Source: Flavobacteriaceae bacterium
GTDB taxonomy: Bacteria > Bacteroidota > Bacteroidia > Flavobacteriales > Flavobacteriaceae
Direction of reading: 5' to 3'
Length of the DNA: 64,000 nucleotides
Assembly: GCA_049596815.1 (NCBI GenBank)
Contig: JBMYLY010000002.1
Span: forward strand, 415 to 64,414
Shown here: positions 19,328-28,971 of the stretch, piece by piece
Layout of the letters: every line of letters starts with the position of its first letter
Position numbering within the stretch: the first letter of the stretch is position 1
Position numbers and translations under genes: made by a program
The notes under the pieces: model-generated
What the model saw: the letters and a program-made list of their open reading frames with translations, nothing else
Databases searched by the model: none
What the model was told of the DNA's origin: nothing

Positions 19328-20355
19328 ATACACCCAAAAACGACTTACTACTCAAAGCGCTCGCCGGCGAACCGCTAAACAGACCTCCAGTCTGGATGAT
19401 GCGACAAGCAGGCCGCTATTTGCCCGATTTTATGAAGCTCAAAGCGCAATACGATTTTTTTACGCGTTGCAGAACCCCCGAACTTGTCGCTGACATTACC
19501 ATTATGCCCATTGACCAAGTGGGTACCGATGCCGCCATACTGTTTAGCGACATCCTGGTAATACCCCAAGCGATGGGCGTTGAAGTTGAAATGAAAAACG
19601 ACATTGGGCCTTGGCTGCCCAACCCCGTCCGCACGCTGGCTGATGTTGAAAAAGTGGAAGTCCCAGACGTCGAGGACCGTTTGAACTATGTGATGGAAGG
19701 CATCAAGCAAACCCTGGCGGGCTTAGACAATCGCGTGCCACTTATAGGTTTTGCAGGTGCGCCATGGACCATTTTGTGTTATATGGTACAAGGACAAGGC
19801 TCCAAAAATTTTGACAAAGCCAAAGCGTTTTGCTTTGAACAACCCGAGGCCGCACACAAACTGCTTGACAAAATCACCCAAACTACCATTGCCTATCTCA
19901 AAGCCAAAGTGAAAGCTGGCGTACATGCAATTCAGTTGTTTGATTCGTGGGGGGGCATGCTAGGGCCCGAAGACTACACCACTTTTTCTTGGAACTACAG
20001 CCGTCATATTGTGGAAGCGCTCTCCGAGCAAGTACCTGTGATTATGTTTGCCAAAGGATGTTGGTATGCCTTGCACGACATGGCCCAATCGCCGGTAAGC
20101 GCCTTGGGAATCGATTGGACTTGCTCTGCCAGAAACGCGCGCTATCTCACAGGAGGGCAAATGACCCTTCAAGGAAATTTTGATCCGGCTCGCTTGCTGT
20201 CACCCATCCCCGAAATAGAGCGTCAGGTCAAAAAAATGATTGACGACTTTGGCACCCAAAACTACATTGCCAATTTGGGGCATGGCATATTACCCAACGT
20301 CCCCGTGGCCCACGCCCAGGCTTTTGTGAATGCTGTAAAAAATTATAACTCCTAA
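19324..20355 (+). CDS. hemE: uroporphyrinogen decarboxylase
   Basis: It carries the URO-D signature [17 protein letters not shown] trimmed the start to ATG 19324, which overlaps the hemD stop as ATGA. Confidence 0.92.
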   Translation: MNTPKNDLLLKALAGEPLNRPPVWMMRQAGRYLPDFMKLKAQYDFFTRCRTPELVADITIMPIDQVGTDAAILFSDILVIPQAMGVEVEMKNDIGPWLPNPVRTLADVEKVEVPDVEDRLNYVMEGIKQTLAGLDNRVPLIGFAGAPWTILCYMVQGQGSKNFDKAKAFCFEQPEAAHKLLDKITQTTIAYLKAKVKAGVHAIQLFDSWGGMLGPEDYTTFSWNYSRHIVEALSEQVPVIMFAKGCWYALHDMAQSPVSALGIDWTCSARNARYLTGGQMTLQGNFDPARLLSPIPEIERQVKKMIDDFGTQNYIANLGHGILPNVPVAHAQAFVNAVKNYNS

Positions 20356-20364
20356 ATAAAAATC

Positions 20365-21267
20365 ATGAAACCCGAATTTTCTGCATTTATCGATAACCTA
20401 CAAGATGAAATCACCGCTGCGCTAGAAAAAGCAGATGGTAAAGCCACTTTTTTGCATGACATATGGGAACGACCCGGTGGGGGCGGTGGACAATCGCGTG
20501 TGATTCAAAACGGGGCTGTGTTTGAAAAAGGCGGGGTCAATGTGTCCAAGGTTCATGGCACGCTTCCAGATTCTATGAAAGCCTATCTGAAGGTAGCACA
20601 TGGTAGCTTTTTTGCTTGTGGCCTAAGCCTTGTCATACACCCCAAAAATCCATTTGTACCTACCGTACATGCCAACTACAGATATTTTGAACTGTATGAC
20701 GACCAAGGCCAAGTGGTCGATCAATGGTTTGGAGGTGGCCAAGACCTTACACCCTACTATTTGTTTGACGAAGATGCTACCCATTTTCACCAAGTGAGTA
20801 AAACTGTATGTGATCGTCACGATAAAGCATTTTACCCCAAATACAAAGAACAATGTGATCGCTATTTTTGGAACGCCCACCGCGACGAAGCCCGCGGTGT
20901 GGGAGGTTTGTTTTTTGACTATTGCAGGCCAGACAAAAAACACAGCCTACAAGACTGGTACGATTTTGTGACGGATGTAGGGGATTCGTTTCTAAAAGCC
21001 TATTTGCCTATAGTCGAAAAGCGAAAAAACACAGCCTACGAAGACACCCATCGCCAGTGGCAAGAAGTGCGTCGGGGACGCTATGTGGAGTTCAATTTGA
21101 TTCATGACAAAGGCACCCTGTTTGGCTTAAAAACCAAAGGCCGAATTGAAAGTATTCTGATGAGCTTACCCCCAGTGGTGCAATGGCATTACAATGTCGC
21201 TCCGGAGCCCAACACAGAAGAAGCCAAACTGGTTTCGGTGCTGAAAAACCCCATTGACTGGATTTAA
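20365..21267 (+). CDS. hemF: oxygen-dependent coproporphyrinogen III oxidase
   Basis: Motifs RPGGGGGQSRV, FGGGQDLTPYY and RRGRYVEFNLIHDKGTLFG. Confidence 0.92.
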   Translation: MKPEFSAFIDNLQDEITAALEKADGKATFLHDIWERPGGGGGQSRVIQNGAVFEKGGVNVSKVHGTLPDSMKAYLKVAHGSFFACGLSLVIHPKNPFVPTVHANYRYFELYDDQGQVVDQWFGGGQDLTPYYLFDEDATHFHQVSKTVCDRHDKAFYPKYKEQCDRYFWNAHRDEARGVGGLFFDYCRPDKKHSLQDWYDFVTDVGDSFLKAYLPIVEKRKNTAYEDTHRQWQEVRRGRYVEFNLIHDKGTLFGLKTKGRIESILMSLPPVVQWHYNVAPEPNTEEAKLVSVLKNPIDWI

Positions 21268-21277
21268 AAAAACGAGT

Positions 21278-22252
21278 ATGTATCCATTAGAAAGAAGTAG
21301 AAGATTGAGAAAAAGTGCCGTATTGCGCGACTTGGTGCGTGAAACCCGCCTCAGTGCCAATGATTTTTTGGTGCCCTTGTTTGTGGTAGAAGGCGAAAAA
21401 ATACGTGAAGCCATTCCGTCTATGCCCGATTATAACAGATTGAGTTTGGACGAGCTTGAAAAAGAAGCAAAACTCCTATGGAGCATGGGGCTCAAAGTAG
21501 TCTTGCTGTTTGTCAAGGTAGACGATCACTTGAAAGACAATGCAGGCACAGAAGCGCTCAACCCCAATGGCTTGATGCAGCGTGCCATACAAACGGTCAA
21601 AGCTGCTGTGCCCGAAATGGTGGTCTTTACCGATGTGGCTCTGGATCCGTATTCCTCTTTTGGTCACGATGGGATTGTTGAAAACAACCGCATCCTAAAC
21701 GATGCTACCAATGAGGTGTTGGCCCAAATGTCTCTAAGCCATGCCCAAGCGGGTGCTGACGTAGTGGCCCCAAGCGATATGATGGATGGACGGGTAAAGA
21801 GTATCCGCCAAGAGCTTGAAAAACAAGGGTTTGTGGATACGTGTATCATGAGCTATAGCGCCAAATATGCTTCCGGTTTTTATGGTCCTTTTCGTGATGC
21901 CTTGGATTCTGCACCCGGTTTTGGAGATAAAAAAACCTATCAAATGGATCCCGGCAATCGGCTGGAAGCCCTAAAAGAAGTGCGCCAAGACGTCGAAGAA
22001 GGTGCAGACATTGTGATGGTCAAACCCGGCCTTGCCTATTTGGATATTGTCCGTGAGGTGACCCAAACAGCAGAGGTGCCTGTGGCCGTATATCAGGTCA
22101 GTGGGGAGTATGCGATGCTCAAAGCAGCGGCTGAAAAAGGCTGGTTGGACTATGAAACTGTGATGATGGAACAACTGATGGCTTTTAAACGTGCCGGTGC
22201 TTCTCTCATTGCGACCTACTGTGCAAAAGATGCAATCGCCCTGCTGAGCTAA
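21278..22252 (+). CDS. hemB: porphobilinogen synthase (5-aminolevulinate dehydratase)
   Basis: Motifs DVALDPYSSFGHDG, APSDMMDGR, and the active-site-Lys region IVMVKPGLAYLDIV. I trimmed the start to ATG 21278. Confidence 0.92.
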   Translation: MYPLERSRRLRKSAVLRDLVRETRLSANDFLVPLFVVEGEKIREAIPSMPDYNRLSLDELEKEAKLLWSMGLKVVLLFVKVDDHLKDNAGTEALNPNGLMQRAIQTVKAAVPEMVVFTDVALDPYSSFGHDGIVENNRILNDATNEVLAQMSLSHAQAGADVVAPSDMMDGRVKSIRQELEKQGFVDTCIMSYSAKYASGFYGPFRDALDSAPGFGDKKTYQMDPGNRLEALKEVRQDVEEGADIVMVKPGLAYLDIVREVTQTAEVPVAVYQVSGEYAMLKAAAEKGWLDYETVMMEQLMAFKRAGASLIATYCAKDAIALLS

Positions 22253-22309
22253 CAAATCTATAATAGCTTAAAATAACTTTCGTACTTTGGACTATTAATC
22301 ATTACCCCT

Positions 22310-23479
22310 ATGAAGAAAACCGGTGCTAAAATTTTAAAATATGTGTTGATTGGGCTGTTTGGCCTAACCGCTTTGGTGTATTTGACCGGAAACGGTCACT
22401 TGTTTGGGTTGGCCGCCACCATCATGAAAACCAAACGCACCACTGCAGGTATTGACGACTATTTGTTTTTTGAAAACCGCCATATACCCCCAAGCGAAAA
22501 CCCCCAATCATGGCCCCTACACAGCGAATACAACAATATTAAGCCTACCCAAAAACTCCTCGAAGCCCACCAAGAACTGGGCACGGTGGCTTTTCTTATT
22601 ATCAAAAATGATTCTCTCTGGCACGAACAATATTTTGATGGCTACGGCACCGCCTCCAAAAGCAATTCTTTTTCTATGGTAAAAAGTATGGTCGCGGCAG
22701 CCCTTCAGTCCGCCATAGAAGCGGGAGCCGTGGAAAGTCTGGACCAAAAAGCCATGGATTTTTTGCCTTGGCTTAAAGGCGCTTTTGCCAAGCAAGTCAC
22801 CATGGGCGATTTGGCCAGTATGTCTTCCGGTCTCAACTGGAACGAAAACTATGACAACCTATTAACCATTACACCGCGCACTTATGTAGAAAAAGACATG
22901 GGCAAGCTGATGCAAACCATTCCTATTATTGATGCGCCCGGTCAAAAATTTATATACCAAAGTGGTAGCACCCAACTCTTGGCCATGGCTTTAGAGCAAG
23001 CGACCGGAAAAAACATCAGCGAGTTGGTATGGGATTATTATTGGAATCCCATGGGAACTGAGCAAGAAGCCTACTGGCAGATAGACAGCGAAAAAGCCGG
23101 TTTGGAAAAAGCCTATTGCTGTTTTAATTCCAATGCCCGCGACTTTGCGCGGTTTGGCAAATTGTTTAAAGACCATGGGAAGTGGAATGGACAACAAATT
23201 ATCGACTCTGCCTTTGTGGCCAAAGCCGTAAGACCTCGTTTTTCTGAGAGCCCACAGTACGGCTACGGTTGGTGGTTGGGTGACATAGACGGAAAACACT
23301 ATTTCAGTATGCGAGGACATCTGGGGCAATATGTAATTGTGTTCCCCGAACAAAATGTGATAGTCGTGCGCTTGGGACACCGTCATTTGGATGACCTTCC
23401 GGGGCAACAAGTCCCCGCAGACCTACCGACCTATGTGAAAGAAGCCTTTCAAATGTTGGCTTTTAGTGATGAAACTTGA
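22310..23479 (+). CDS. serine hydrolase, beta-lactamase-fold family
   Basis: 389 aa with an N-terminal TM/signal segment and an S-x-x-K motif (SMVK in NSFSMVKSMVAAA). Confidence 0.7.
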   Translation: MKKTGAKILKYVLIGLFGLTALVYLTGNGHLFGLAATIMKTKRTTAGIDDYLFFENRHIPPSENPQSWPLHSEYNNIKPTQKLLEAHQELGTVAFLIIKNDSLWHEQYFDGYGTASKSNSFSMVKSMVAAALQSAIEAGAVESLDQKAMDFLPWLKGAFAKQVTMGDLASMSSGLNWNENYDNLLTITPRTYVEKDMGKLMQTIPIIDAPGQKFIYQSGSTQLLAMALEQATGKNISELVWDYYWNPMGTEQEAYWQIDSEKAGLEKAYCCFNSNARDFARFGKLFKDHGKWNGQQIIDSAFVAKAVRPRFSESPQYGYGWWLGDIDGKHYFSMRGHLGQYVIVFPEQNVIVVRLGHRHLDDLPGQQVPADLPTYVKEAFQMLAFSDET

Positions 23480-24200
23480 ACAAATTCTATTTCTCGACAT
23501 AGAAACCGTACCTCTTGAGGCTTCTTTTGGGGCATTGAGCGAAGAAGCGCAACAACTGTTTGCCGACAAAACCCAATACCAACGGAAAGACGAAATATCC
23601 CCCAAAGAATTTTATGGTCGTGCCGGTATTTGGGCTGAGTTTGGGAAAATCGTTTGTATTTCGGCTGGTTATTTTGTCGACGTTTCTGACAAACGGTCTT
23701 TTCGGATTACTTCTTTCTACGGAGAAGAATTAAATCTTCTCAATGCATTTAAAGCATTGCTCGATCAGCACTTTTCCAAACGCTACCACAAGCTATGCGC
23801 CCACAATGGCAAAGAGTTTGATTTTCCTTACATCGCCCGACGTATGTTGGTACATGATATTCGCCTACCCAATGCACTTAAAATTGCAGGTAAAAAACCG
23901 TGGGAAGTTCCGCACTTGGACACCTTAGAACTGTGGAAGTTTGGAGATTACAAGCATTATATCTCCCTAAAACTGCTTACAAACACCTTGGGCATTCCCT
24001 CCCCCAAAGACGATATGGACGGAAGCCAAGTGGCCGATGTGTTTTACAATCAGAAAGATATAGATCGTATTGTAGCCTACTGTGAGCGCGATGTGGTGGC
24101 CGTAGCACAAATCCTATTAAAATTCGAGGGCTTGCCCTTGTTGACAGAGGATGAGGTGGTGCATGTGAACTCCTCGACTAATACCGGTTCAAAGCGATGA
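23469..24200 (+). CDS. RNase H-fold 3'-5' exonuclease, PolB-exonuclease-like
   Basis: ExoI-type motif ILFLDIETVP, later acidic motifs (HNGKEFDFPY, CERDV), about 243 aa. Confidence 0.6.
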   Translation: MKLEQILFLDIETVPLEASFGALSEEAQQLFADKTQYQRKDEISPKEFYGRAGIWAEFGKIVCISAGYFVDVSDKRSFRITSFYGEELNLLNAFKALLDQHFSKRYHKLCAHNGKEFDFPYIARRMLVHDIRLPNALKIAGKKPWEVPHLDTLELWKFGDYKHYISLKLLTNTLGIPSPKDDMDGSQVADVFYNQKDIDRIVAYCERDVVAVAQILLKFEGLPLLTEDEVVHVNSSTNTGSKR

Positions 24201-25825
24201 AACAGCCTCCTTTGGTGACGGTTGCAAACATGAACATCACTTTTGATGACTTCAAAGCAGTTTCAGGGCTTTCTTTTGAGTTGTTTCCCAACGAAATTTT
24301 AGGAGTTGTAGGAGAATCTGGCAGCGGAAAATCGGTGACAGCTATGTCGCTGTTGGGCCTGTTGCCCGAGCAAGAAAAAATCCTCCAAGCCGAGGTGATG
24401 ACTTTCCAAAGTCAAGGGTTGTATCCCTTTGACAAAGCGGTCTTTTCGGCCTTAAGAGGCAAAGAAATTGGTGTGATCTTTCAGGATCCCATGAGTGCGC
24501 TGAACCCCAGTATGCGCTGTGGGAAACAAGTGGCAGAGATGCTGCAATTACACACCCGCCTCAGCAGCGCCGATATCGAAGAGCGGGTCTTGTCGCTTTT
24601 TAAAAAAGTAAAACTGCCTGAACCCCAAAAGATGATGCGGCGCTACCCCCATCAGCTTAGTGGCGGGCAACAACAACGGGTAATGATTGCCATGGCCATC
24701 GCTTGTAGTCCAAAATTGTTGATTGCAGACGAGCCCACCACCGCCCTCGACCCTTCCGTGCAAAAAGAGATCATGCAATTGCTACGGGCTTTGCAAAAAG
24801 AAACCCAGATGAGCATATTGTTTATCTCACACGACTTGGGCCTCATCGAACATTGGGCAGACCGTGTGCTTGTGATGAAAAACGGAAAATGTATTGAATC
24901 GGAAAAAACAAAGCAACTCTTTAAAAAACCACAATCTGCCTACACCCGAGGACTGATCCACGCAAAACCCCCTACAAACAAACGCCCCAAGCGATTGCCA
25001 ACGGTAGATGATTTTTTAGCCGATAAGAAAGCAGCCTCTGTAGAAACGAAATCCCATCGTCAAAAACGTCATCGCGCCTTATACAAACAACAACCCATCC
25101 TAAAAATCGAAGGCTTGCACAAAAGTTTTGTGCAAAACAAAACACGGTTTCAGGCATTGGAAAATTTGAGTCTGGATTTATATGAGGGCGAAACTTTGGG
25201 CTTGGTGGGTGCCTCTGGCAGTGGAAAATCAACATTGGGCAACTGTATGTTACGGCTCACTAAACCCGACAAAGGTTCGGTTCTTTATCGAGGTCAAGAC
25301 ATACATAAACTCAAAGGAAGCGCCTTACAACAGTATAAAAAAGATGTACAGCTAATTTTTCAGGACCCTTACAGTTCGCTAAACCCAAAGCAAAAAGTCA
25401 AAGACATTCTGACTGAACCCATGCGGGTGCATGGCATTGGGGAAAATCTTGCTGACCGCATTGCATGGGCAGGAACTTTGTTAGAGCAAGTTGGGCTTGG
25501 TAGCGAACACTTAGAGCGTTATCCGCATGCGTTTTCTGGGGGGCAGCGACAACGCATCGGCATCGCGCGGGCATTGTCTGTGAGGCCAAAAGTTGTTGTT
25601 TGTGATGAGTCTGTTTCTGCACTCGACCTCTCCGTACAAGCCAAAGTATTGAATCTCCTCAATGATTTAAAAGATACTTACAAGTTTACCTATCTTTTTA
25701 TCTCACACGATTTGTCAGTTGTACGCTATATGTCAGACCGTCTTCTGGTGCTGAAAAATGGTGAAAGTCATAAAGAAGGTGAGGCAGATACGATTTTTGA
25801 TGAAATCGCACCAGACCATTTGTAA
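24197..25825 (+). CDS. ABC ATPase with two fused nucleotide-binding domains (DppD/DppF or YejF-like); no permease gene nearby
   Basis: Two complete motif sets are present. NBD1: GESGSGKS, LSGGQQQR, LLIADEPTTALD. NBD2: GASGSGKST, FSGGQRQR, VVVCDESVSALD. Confidence 0.9.
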   Translation: MKQPPLVTVANMNITFDDFKAVSGLSFELFPNEILGVVGESGSGKSVTAMSLLGLLPEQEKILQAEVMTFQSQGLYPFDKAVFSALRGKEIGVIFQDPMSALNPSMRCGKQVAEMLQLHTRLSSADIEERVLSLFKKVKLPEPQKMMRRYPHQLSGGQQQRVMIAMAIACSPKLLIADEPTTALDPSVQKEIMQLLRALQKETQMSILFISHDLGLIEHWADRVLVMKNGKCIESEKTKQLFKKPQSAYTRGLIHAKPPTNKRPKRLPTVDDFLADKKAASVETKSHRQKRHRALYKQQPILKIEGLHKSFVQNKTRFQALENLSLDLYEGETLGLVGASGSGKSTLGNCMLRLTKPDKGSVLYRGQDIHKLKGSALQQYKKDVQLIFQDPYSSLNPKQKVKDILTEPMRVHGIGENLADRIAWAGTLLEQVGLGSEHLERYPHAFSGGQRQRIGIARALSVRPKVVVCDESVSALDLSVQAKVLNLLNDLKDTYKFTYLFISHDLSVVRYMSDRLLVLKNGESHKEGEADTIFDEIAPDHL

Positions 25826-25862
25826 TGTCTCAGGGGTTTTTATACACCTAATAATAATTGAT

Positions 25863-25870
25863 TAACTTTG
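25863..25870 (+). promoter_or_regulatory. -7 box candidate (TAACTTTG)
   Basis: It lies 17 nt upstream of ATG 25888. Confidence 0.4.
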
Positions 25871-25887
25871 TGTAAAACCCTTTTGTT

Positions 25888-26319
25888 ATGAATGCTGTTT
25901 TGAGTTTACATTCGATTTGGGCCTATGTGGTGCTGATTGTGCTATTGGCCGTAGTAGTCAATGCCTTTTCGGGTTTGGTTTCGAAAAGAGTTTTCGGCAT
26001 CCGTGATTTGCGCCTATCTTTATTTGGATTGATCGTATCACACATCCAATTGCTGATCGGTTTGCTTCTTTACTTTATTTCACCTAAGTTCCAGTGGTGG
26101 AGTGAAGGAATGGGGGCAGTCATGAAAAACAGCACCTACCGACTCTATCTGGTCGAACACCCTGTTACCAATATCTTGGCGATTGTTTTGATTACCATGG
26201 GGTGGTCCATGCACAAACGACAAGTCAACAACAACAAAAAGTTTGTTCGAATTGCCTTGTTCTACACTTTGGGTTTGCTCTTGTTGTTAAGCCGTGTGCC
26301 TTGGGAGGCATGGCCCTAA
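25888..26319 (+). CDS. integral membrane protein (4 TM), hypothetical
   Basis: 143 aa with four hydrophobic helices. It is preceded by a TAACTTTG box and followed by a perfect hairpin. Confidence 0.45.
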   Translation: MNAVLSLHSIWAYVVLIVLLAVVVNAFSGLVSKRVFGIRDLRLSLFGLIVSHIQLLIGLLLYFISPKFQWWSEGMGAVMKNSTYRLYLVEHPVTNILAIVLITMGWSMHKRQVNNNKKFVRIALFYTLGLLLLLSRVPWEAWP

Positions 26320-26326
26320 ACAATCA

Positions 26327-26349
26327 GAAGGCGTTCAATGAACGCCTTC
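26327..26349 (+). terminator. hairpin terminator candidate after the 25888..26319 gene
   Basis: GAAGGCGTT-CAATG-AACGCCTTC forms a perfect 9-bp stem 8 nt after the stop. No clear T-tract follows. Confidence 0.55.
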
Positions 26350-26502
26350 CTCATAACCAACCATATTAAACTATGAAAAACTAATAGCAAGCAAATGTGT
26401 TGTTTGCTGTGTGCAAGGTATGACAATAAGCTCCTTAAAAATCAAAAACATTTGTTAAAGTTTCCCAAATTCTTTGCCAAAATTGGGTTGTTTGCTTTTC
26501 AT

Positions 26503-26510
26503 TAGCTTTG
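26503..26510 (+). promoter_or_regulatory. -7 box candidate (TAGCTTTG) for gpsA
   Basis: It lies 22 nt upstream of ATG 26533, with TTG triplets 13-27 nt further upstream. Confidence 0.45.
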
Positions 26511-26532
26511 TGCTCGAAATCAAACATTATTT

Positions 26533-27516
26533 ATGCAATTTGGTGTTTTAGGCGGAGGAAGTTGGGCCACCGCATTGGTCAAAATACTTTCTGAAAACAA
26601 TGACACAGTGTGTTGGTACATGCGCAATAAAAACACCGCTCAACACATCCGTGAGCAGGGCCACAACCCAAAGTATTTGACAGGGGTTTCTTTTGATCCC
26701 AATCGCCTTTATATCACACACGATTTAGAAAAAATGATTCAAAAAAGTGATGTGTTGGTGCTTGCCATTCCATCGCCTTTTTTAAATGAGGTGTTGGTCA
26801 AAGTCAGAGGTTTATTAAAAGACAAAATCGTTTTTTCTGCTGTAAAAGGTATTGTGCCTGAAACCAAGTTGATTGTCGGAGAACACCTTCATCAACATTG
26901 TGAGCTCACTATGGATAACATTGGAGTTATTACCGGTCCTTGCCATGCCGAGGAAGTTGCATTAGAAAAATTGTCTTATCTGACCGTAGCGTGCCAAAAC
27001 ACTGACTATGCCACCCAAGTTGCCAAACAACTACAATGCGACTACATAAGAACCAAGGTGTCTGATGATATAATCGGTACCGAATATGCCGCCACTCTAA
27101 AAAACATTTACGCCATTGCGGCGGGCATGGCTCATGGATTGGGATATGGCGACAACTTCCAAAGCGTTCTTATGAGCAATTCGATTCGTGAGATGAAACG
27201 CTTTATAAACAAGCTACACAAAATGAAGCGCAACATCAACAATTCTGCCTATTTGGGAGATTTGTTGGTTACGGGTTATTCCACTTTTAGCCGCAATCGC
27301 ATGTTGGGCAATATGATAGGAAAAGGCTATACGGTAAAGTCTGCCATCATGGAAATGACAATGGTTTCTGAAGGCTATTATGCCACGCAAACCGCCTACT
27401 TACTGGCCCAAGATTTCAATAAGAAATTTCCAATTATAGAGGCTGTCCACGGGGTATTATACCAACAAAAACCTGTTAGAAAGGTAATGGCCAAGCTCTG
27501 TGATAAGCTTGATTAG
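26533..27516 (+). CDS. gpsA: NAD(P)H-dependent glycerol-3-phosphate dehydrogenase
   Basis: It has an N-terminal GGGSWATAL dinucleotide fold and overall GpsA length and pattern (GPCHAEEVA, NRMLG). Confidence 0.9.
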   Translation: MQFGVLGGGSWATALVKILSENNDTVCWYMRNKNTAQHIREQGHNPKYLTGVSFDPNRLYITHDLEKMIQKSDVLVLAIPSPFLNEVLVKVRGLLKDKIVFSAVKGIVPETKLIVGEHLHQHCELTMDNIGVITGPCHAEEVALEKLSYLTVACQNTDYATQVAKQLQCDYIRTKVSDDIIGTEYAATLKNIYAIAAGMAHGLGYGDNFQSVLMSNSIREMKRFINKLHKMKRNINNSAYLGDLLVTGYSTFSRNRMLGNMIGKGYTVKSAIMEMTMVSEGYYATQTAYLLAQDFNKKFPIIEAVHGVLYQQKPVRKVMAKLCDKLD

Positions 27517-28541
27517 TGGGCCGCCTTAAACTGACTTAAAAAACGAAGGTCGTTTTCGTAGAACATACGGATGTCCTCAACCTGATACAACAGCATGGCC
27601 ATGCGTTCTAGACCCATCCCAAATGCAAATCCAGAGTACACATCGGGGTCAATGTTGCAGTTTTTCAAAACATTGGGGTCTACCATTCCACAGCCCATAA
27701 TCTCTAACCAACCTGTACCTTTGGTAATTCTATAATCTGACTCTGTCTCCAAGCCCCAGTAGATGTCCACTTCAGCACTGGGTTCAGTAAAAGGAAAGTA
27801 AGAAGGACGTAATCGTATTTTGGACTTGCCAAACAGAGATTTGGTAAAATACAACAAGGTTTGTTTAAGGTCTGCAAAAGAAACGCCTTTATCTATATAC
27901 AGGCCCTCTACTTGATGAAACACACAGTGAGAACGCGCAGAAATGGCTTCGTTGCGGAACACCCGGCCTGGCGAAAGGGTACGAATCGGAGGTGTATGGG
28001 TTTCCATATGGCGCACCTGAACCGATGAGGTGTGGGTACGTAAAAGCATGTCGGGATTGGTCTGCACAAAAAAGGTGTCCTGCATGTCGCGAGCCGGATG
28101 GTGTTGCGGGAGGTTGAGGGCAGTAAAATTATGCCAATCGTCCTCAATCTCCGGACCTTCAGAAAGTGTGAATCCAATGCGAGAAAACACATCCACCACC
28201 TTGTTTCTCAATATAGAAATCGGGTGTAAAGCGCCCAGCTCAATAGGTTGTCCCGGACGGCTGTAATCGAAGTTTTCATCTGCACCACTTTGTGCTGATT
28301 TGCTTTCGGCCTTCAGATTGTTTAGCTTTTCAGTGGCTGCCACTTTGAGCGTGTTGATCTGCTGGCCCAAAACACGTTTTTTTTCAGAAGGAACTTCCTT
28401 AAAAGCGGCAAACAAACCATTTAAAACCCCTTTTTTTCCAAGAAATTTAATTCGAAAAGACTCCAAAGCCTCCGCGTCTGTAGCTTGGAAGGCTTCTACT
28501 TCCTGTAGGTGGGCTTTGATTTGATCTGTCAATTGTTCCAT
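27513..28541 (-). CDS. pheS: phenylalanine--tRNA ligase alpha subunit
   Basis: Class II aaRS motifs are present (HPARDMQDTFF, RVFRNEAISARSHCVFHQVEG, GFAFGMGLERMAM). Confidence 0.95.
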   Translation of the reverse strand: MEQLTDQIKAHLQEVEAFQATDAEALESFRIKFLGKKGVLNGLFAAFKEVPSEKKRVLGQQINTLKVAATEKLNNLKAESKSAQSGADENFDYSRPGQPIELGALHPISILRNKVVDVFSRIGFTLSEGPEIEDDWHNFTALNLPQHHPARDMQDTFFVQTNPDMLLRTHTSSVQVRHMETHTPPIRTLSPGRVFRNEAISARSHCVFHQVEGLYIDKGVSFADLKQTLLYFTKSLFGKSKIRLRPSYFPFTEPSAEVDIYWGLETESDYRITKGTGWLEIMGCGMVDPNVLKNCNIDPDVYSGFAFGMGLERMAMLLYQVEDIRMFYENDLRFLSQFKAAH

Positions 28542-28549
28542 ACCGCCGA

Positions 28550-28557
28550 CAAAAATA
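28550..28557 (-). promoter_or_regulatory. -7 box candidate (TATTTTTG on the minus strand) for pheS
   Basis: The plus strand reads CAAAAATA, 8 nt upstream of ATG 28541. Confidence 0.4.
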
Positions 28558-28568
28558 AGGCTTTCACA

Positions 28569-28952
28569 TTAGTCAATCAGCTTCTTATCCAAGAAATATC
28601 CCACAATGGCTTCTTTCATCAGCAGGCTTTGCTCTCCAGCCTTAAGCACGGGCAAGGACTTGATAAGCTCATAATGAGGCCATCCATCATCGTCCACATA
28701 GTCAAAGCGGTAGTAGCCATAAGGCTCCAAAAGTCGGCATATAGCAATATGCATCAACTGAACTTTTTCGTCTTTTTTAAACGACTTGTCCCAACGTCCC
28801 AACTCCTGAAGACCTACCAAAAAAATGATACCGTCTAAGTCCATCGGTTCGCCATCTGAAAATTTATCAGAAAGTAAGCCAACAACTTGTGCCCAGCGTG
28901 CTTTGAGTTTTTGGTCGTGAATCACTGTCCAAAAATACGAACTCAACGCCAA
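28569..28952 (-). CDS. hypothetical protein
   Basis: 127-aa ORF with no recognisable motif. It opens on TTG and the first ATG is 36 codons in, so the start is uncertain. Confidence 0.35.
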   Translation of the reverse strand: MALSSYFWTVIHDQKLKARWAQVVGLLSDKFSDGEPMDLDGIIFLVGLQELGRWDKSFKKDEKVQLMHIAICRLLEPYGYYRFDYVDDDGWPHYELIKSLPVLKAGEQSLLMKEAIVGYFLDKKLID

Positions 28953-28971
28953 TCAAATTGGGTATATTTGT

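Noticed and set aside
26395-26505. 36-codon ORF (MCCLLCARYDNK...) in the spacer upstream of gpsA
   Set aside because: It is short, has no start context and no recognisable family, and it overlaps the predicted gpsA promoter. It is most likely chance.
28963-28970. TATATTTG box 1 nt before the cvpA ATG, considered as a promoter
   Set aside because: With a 1-nt gap, the transcription start would fall inside the coding sequence, and CvpA has no nearby alternative start codon. It may be a chance match in the 19-bp divergent spacer, so I did not list it as a feature.
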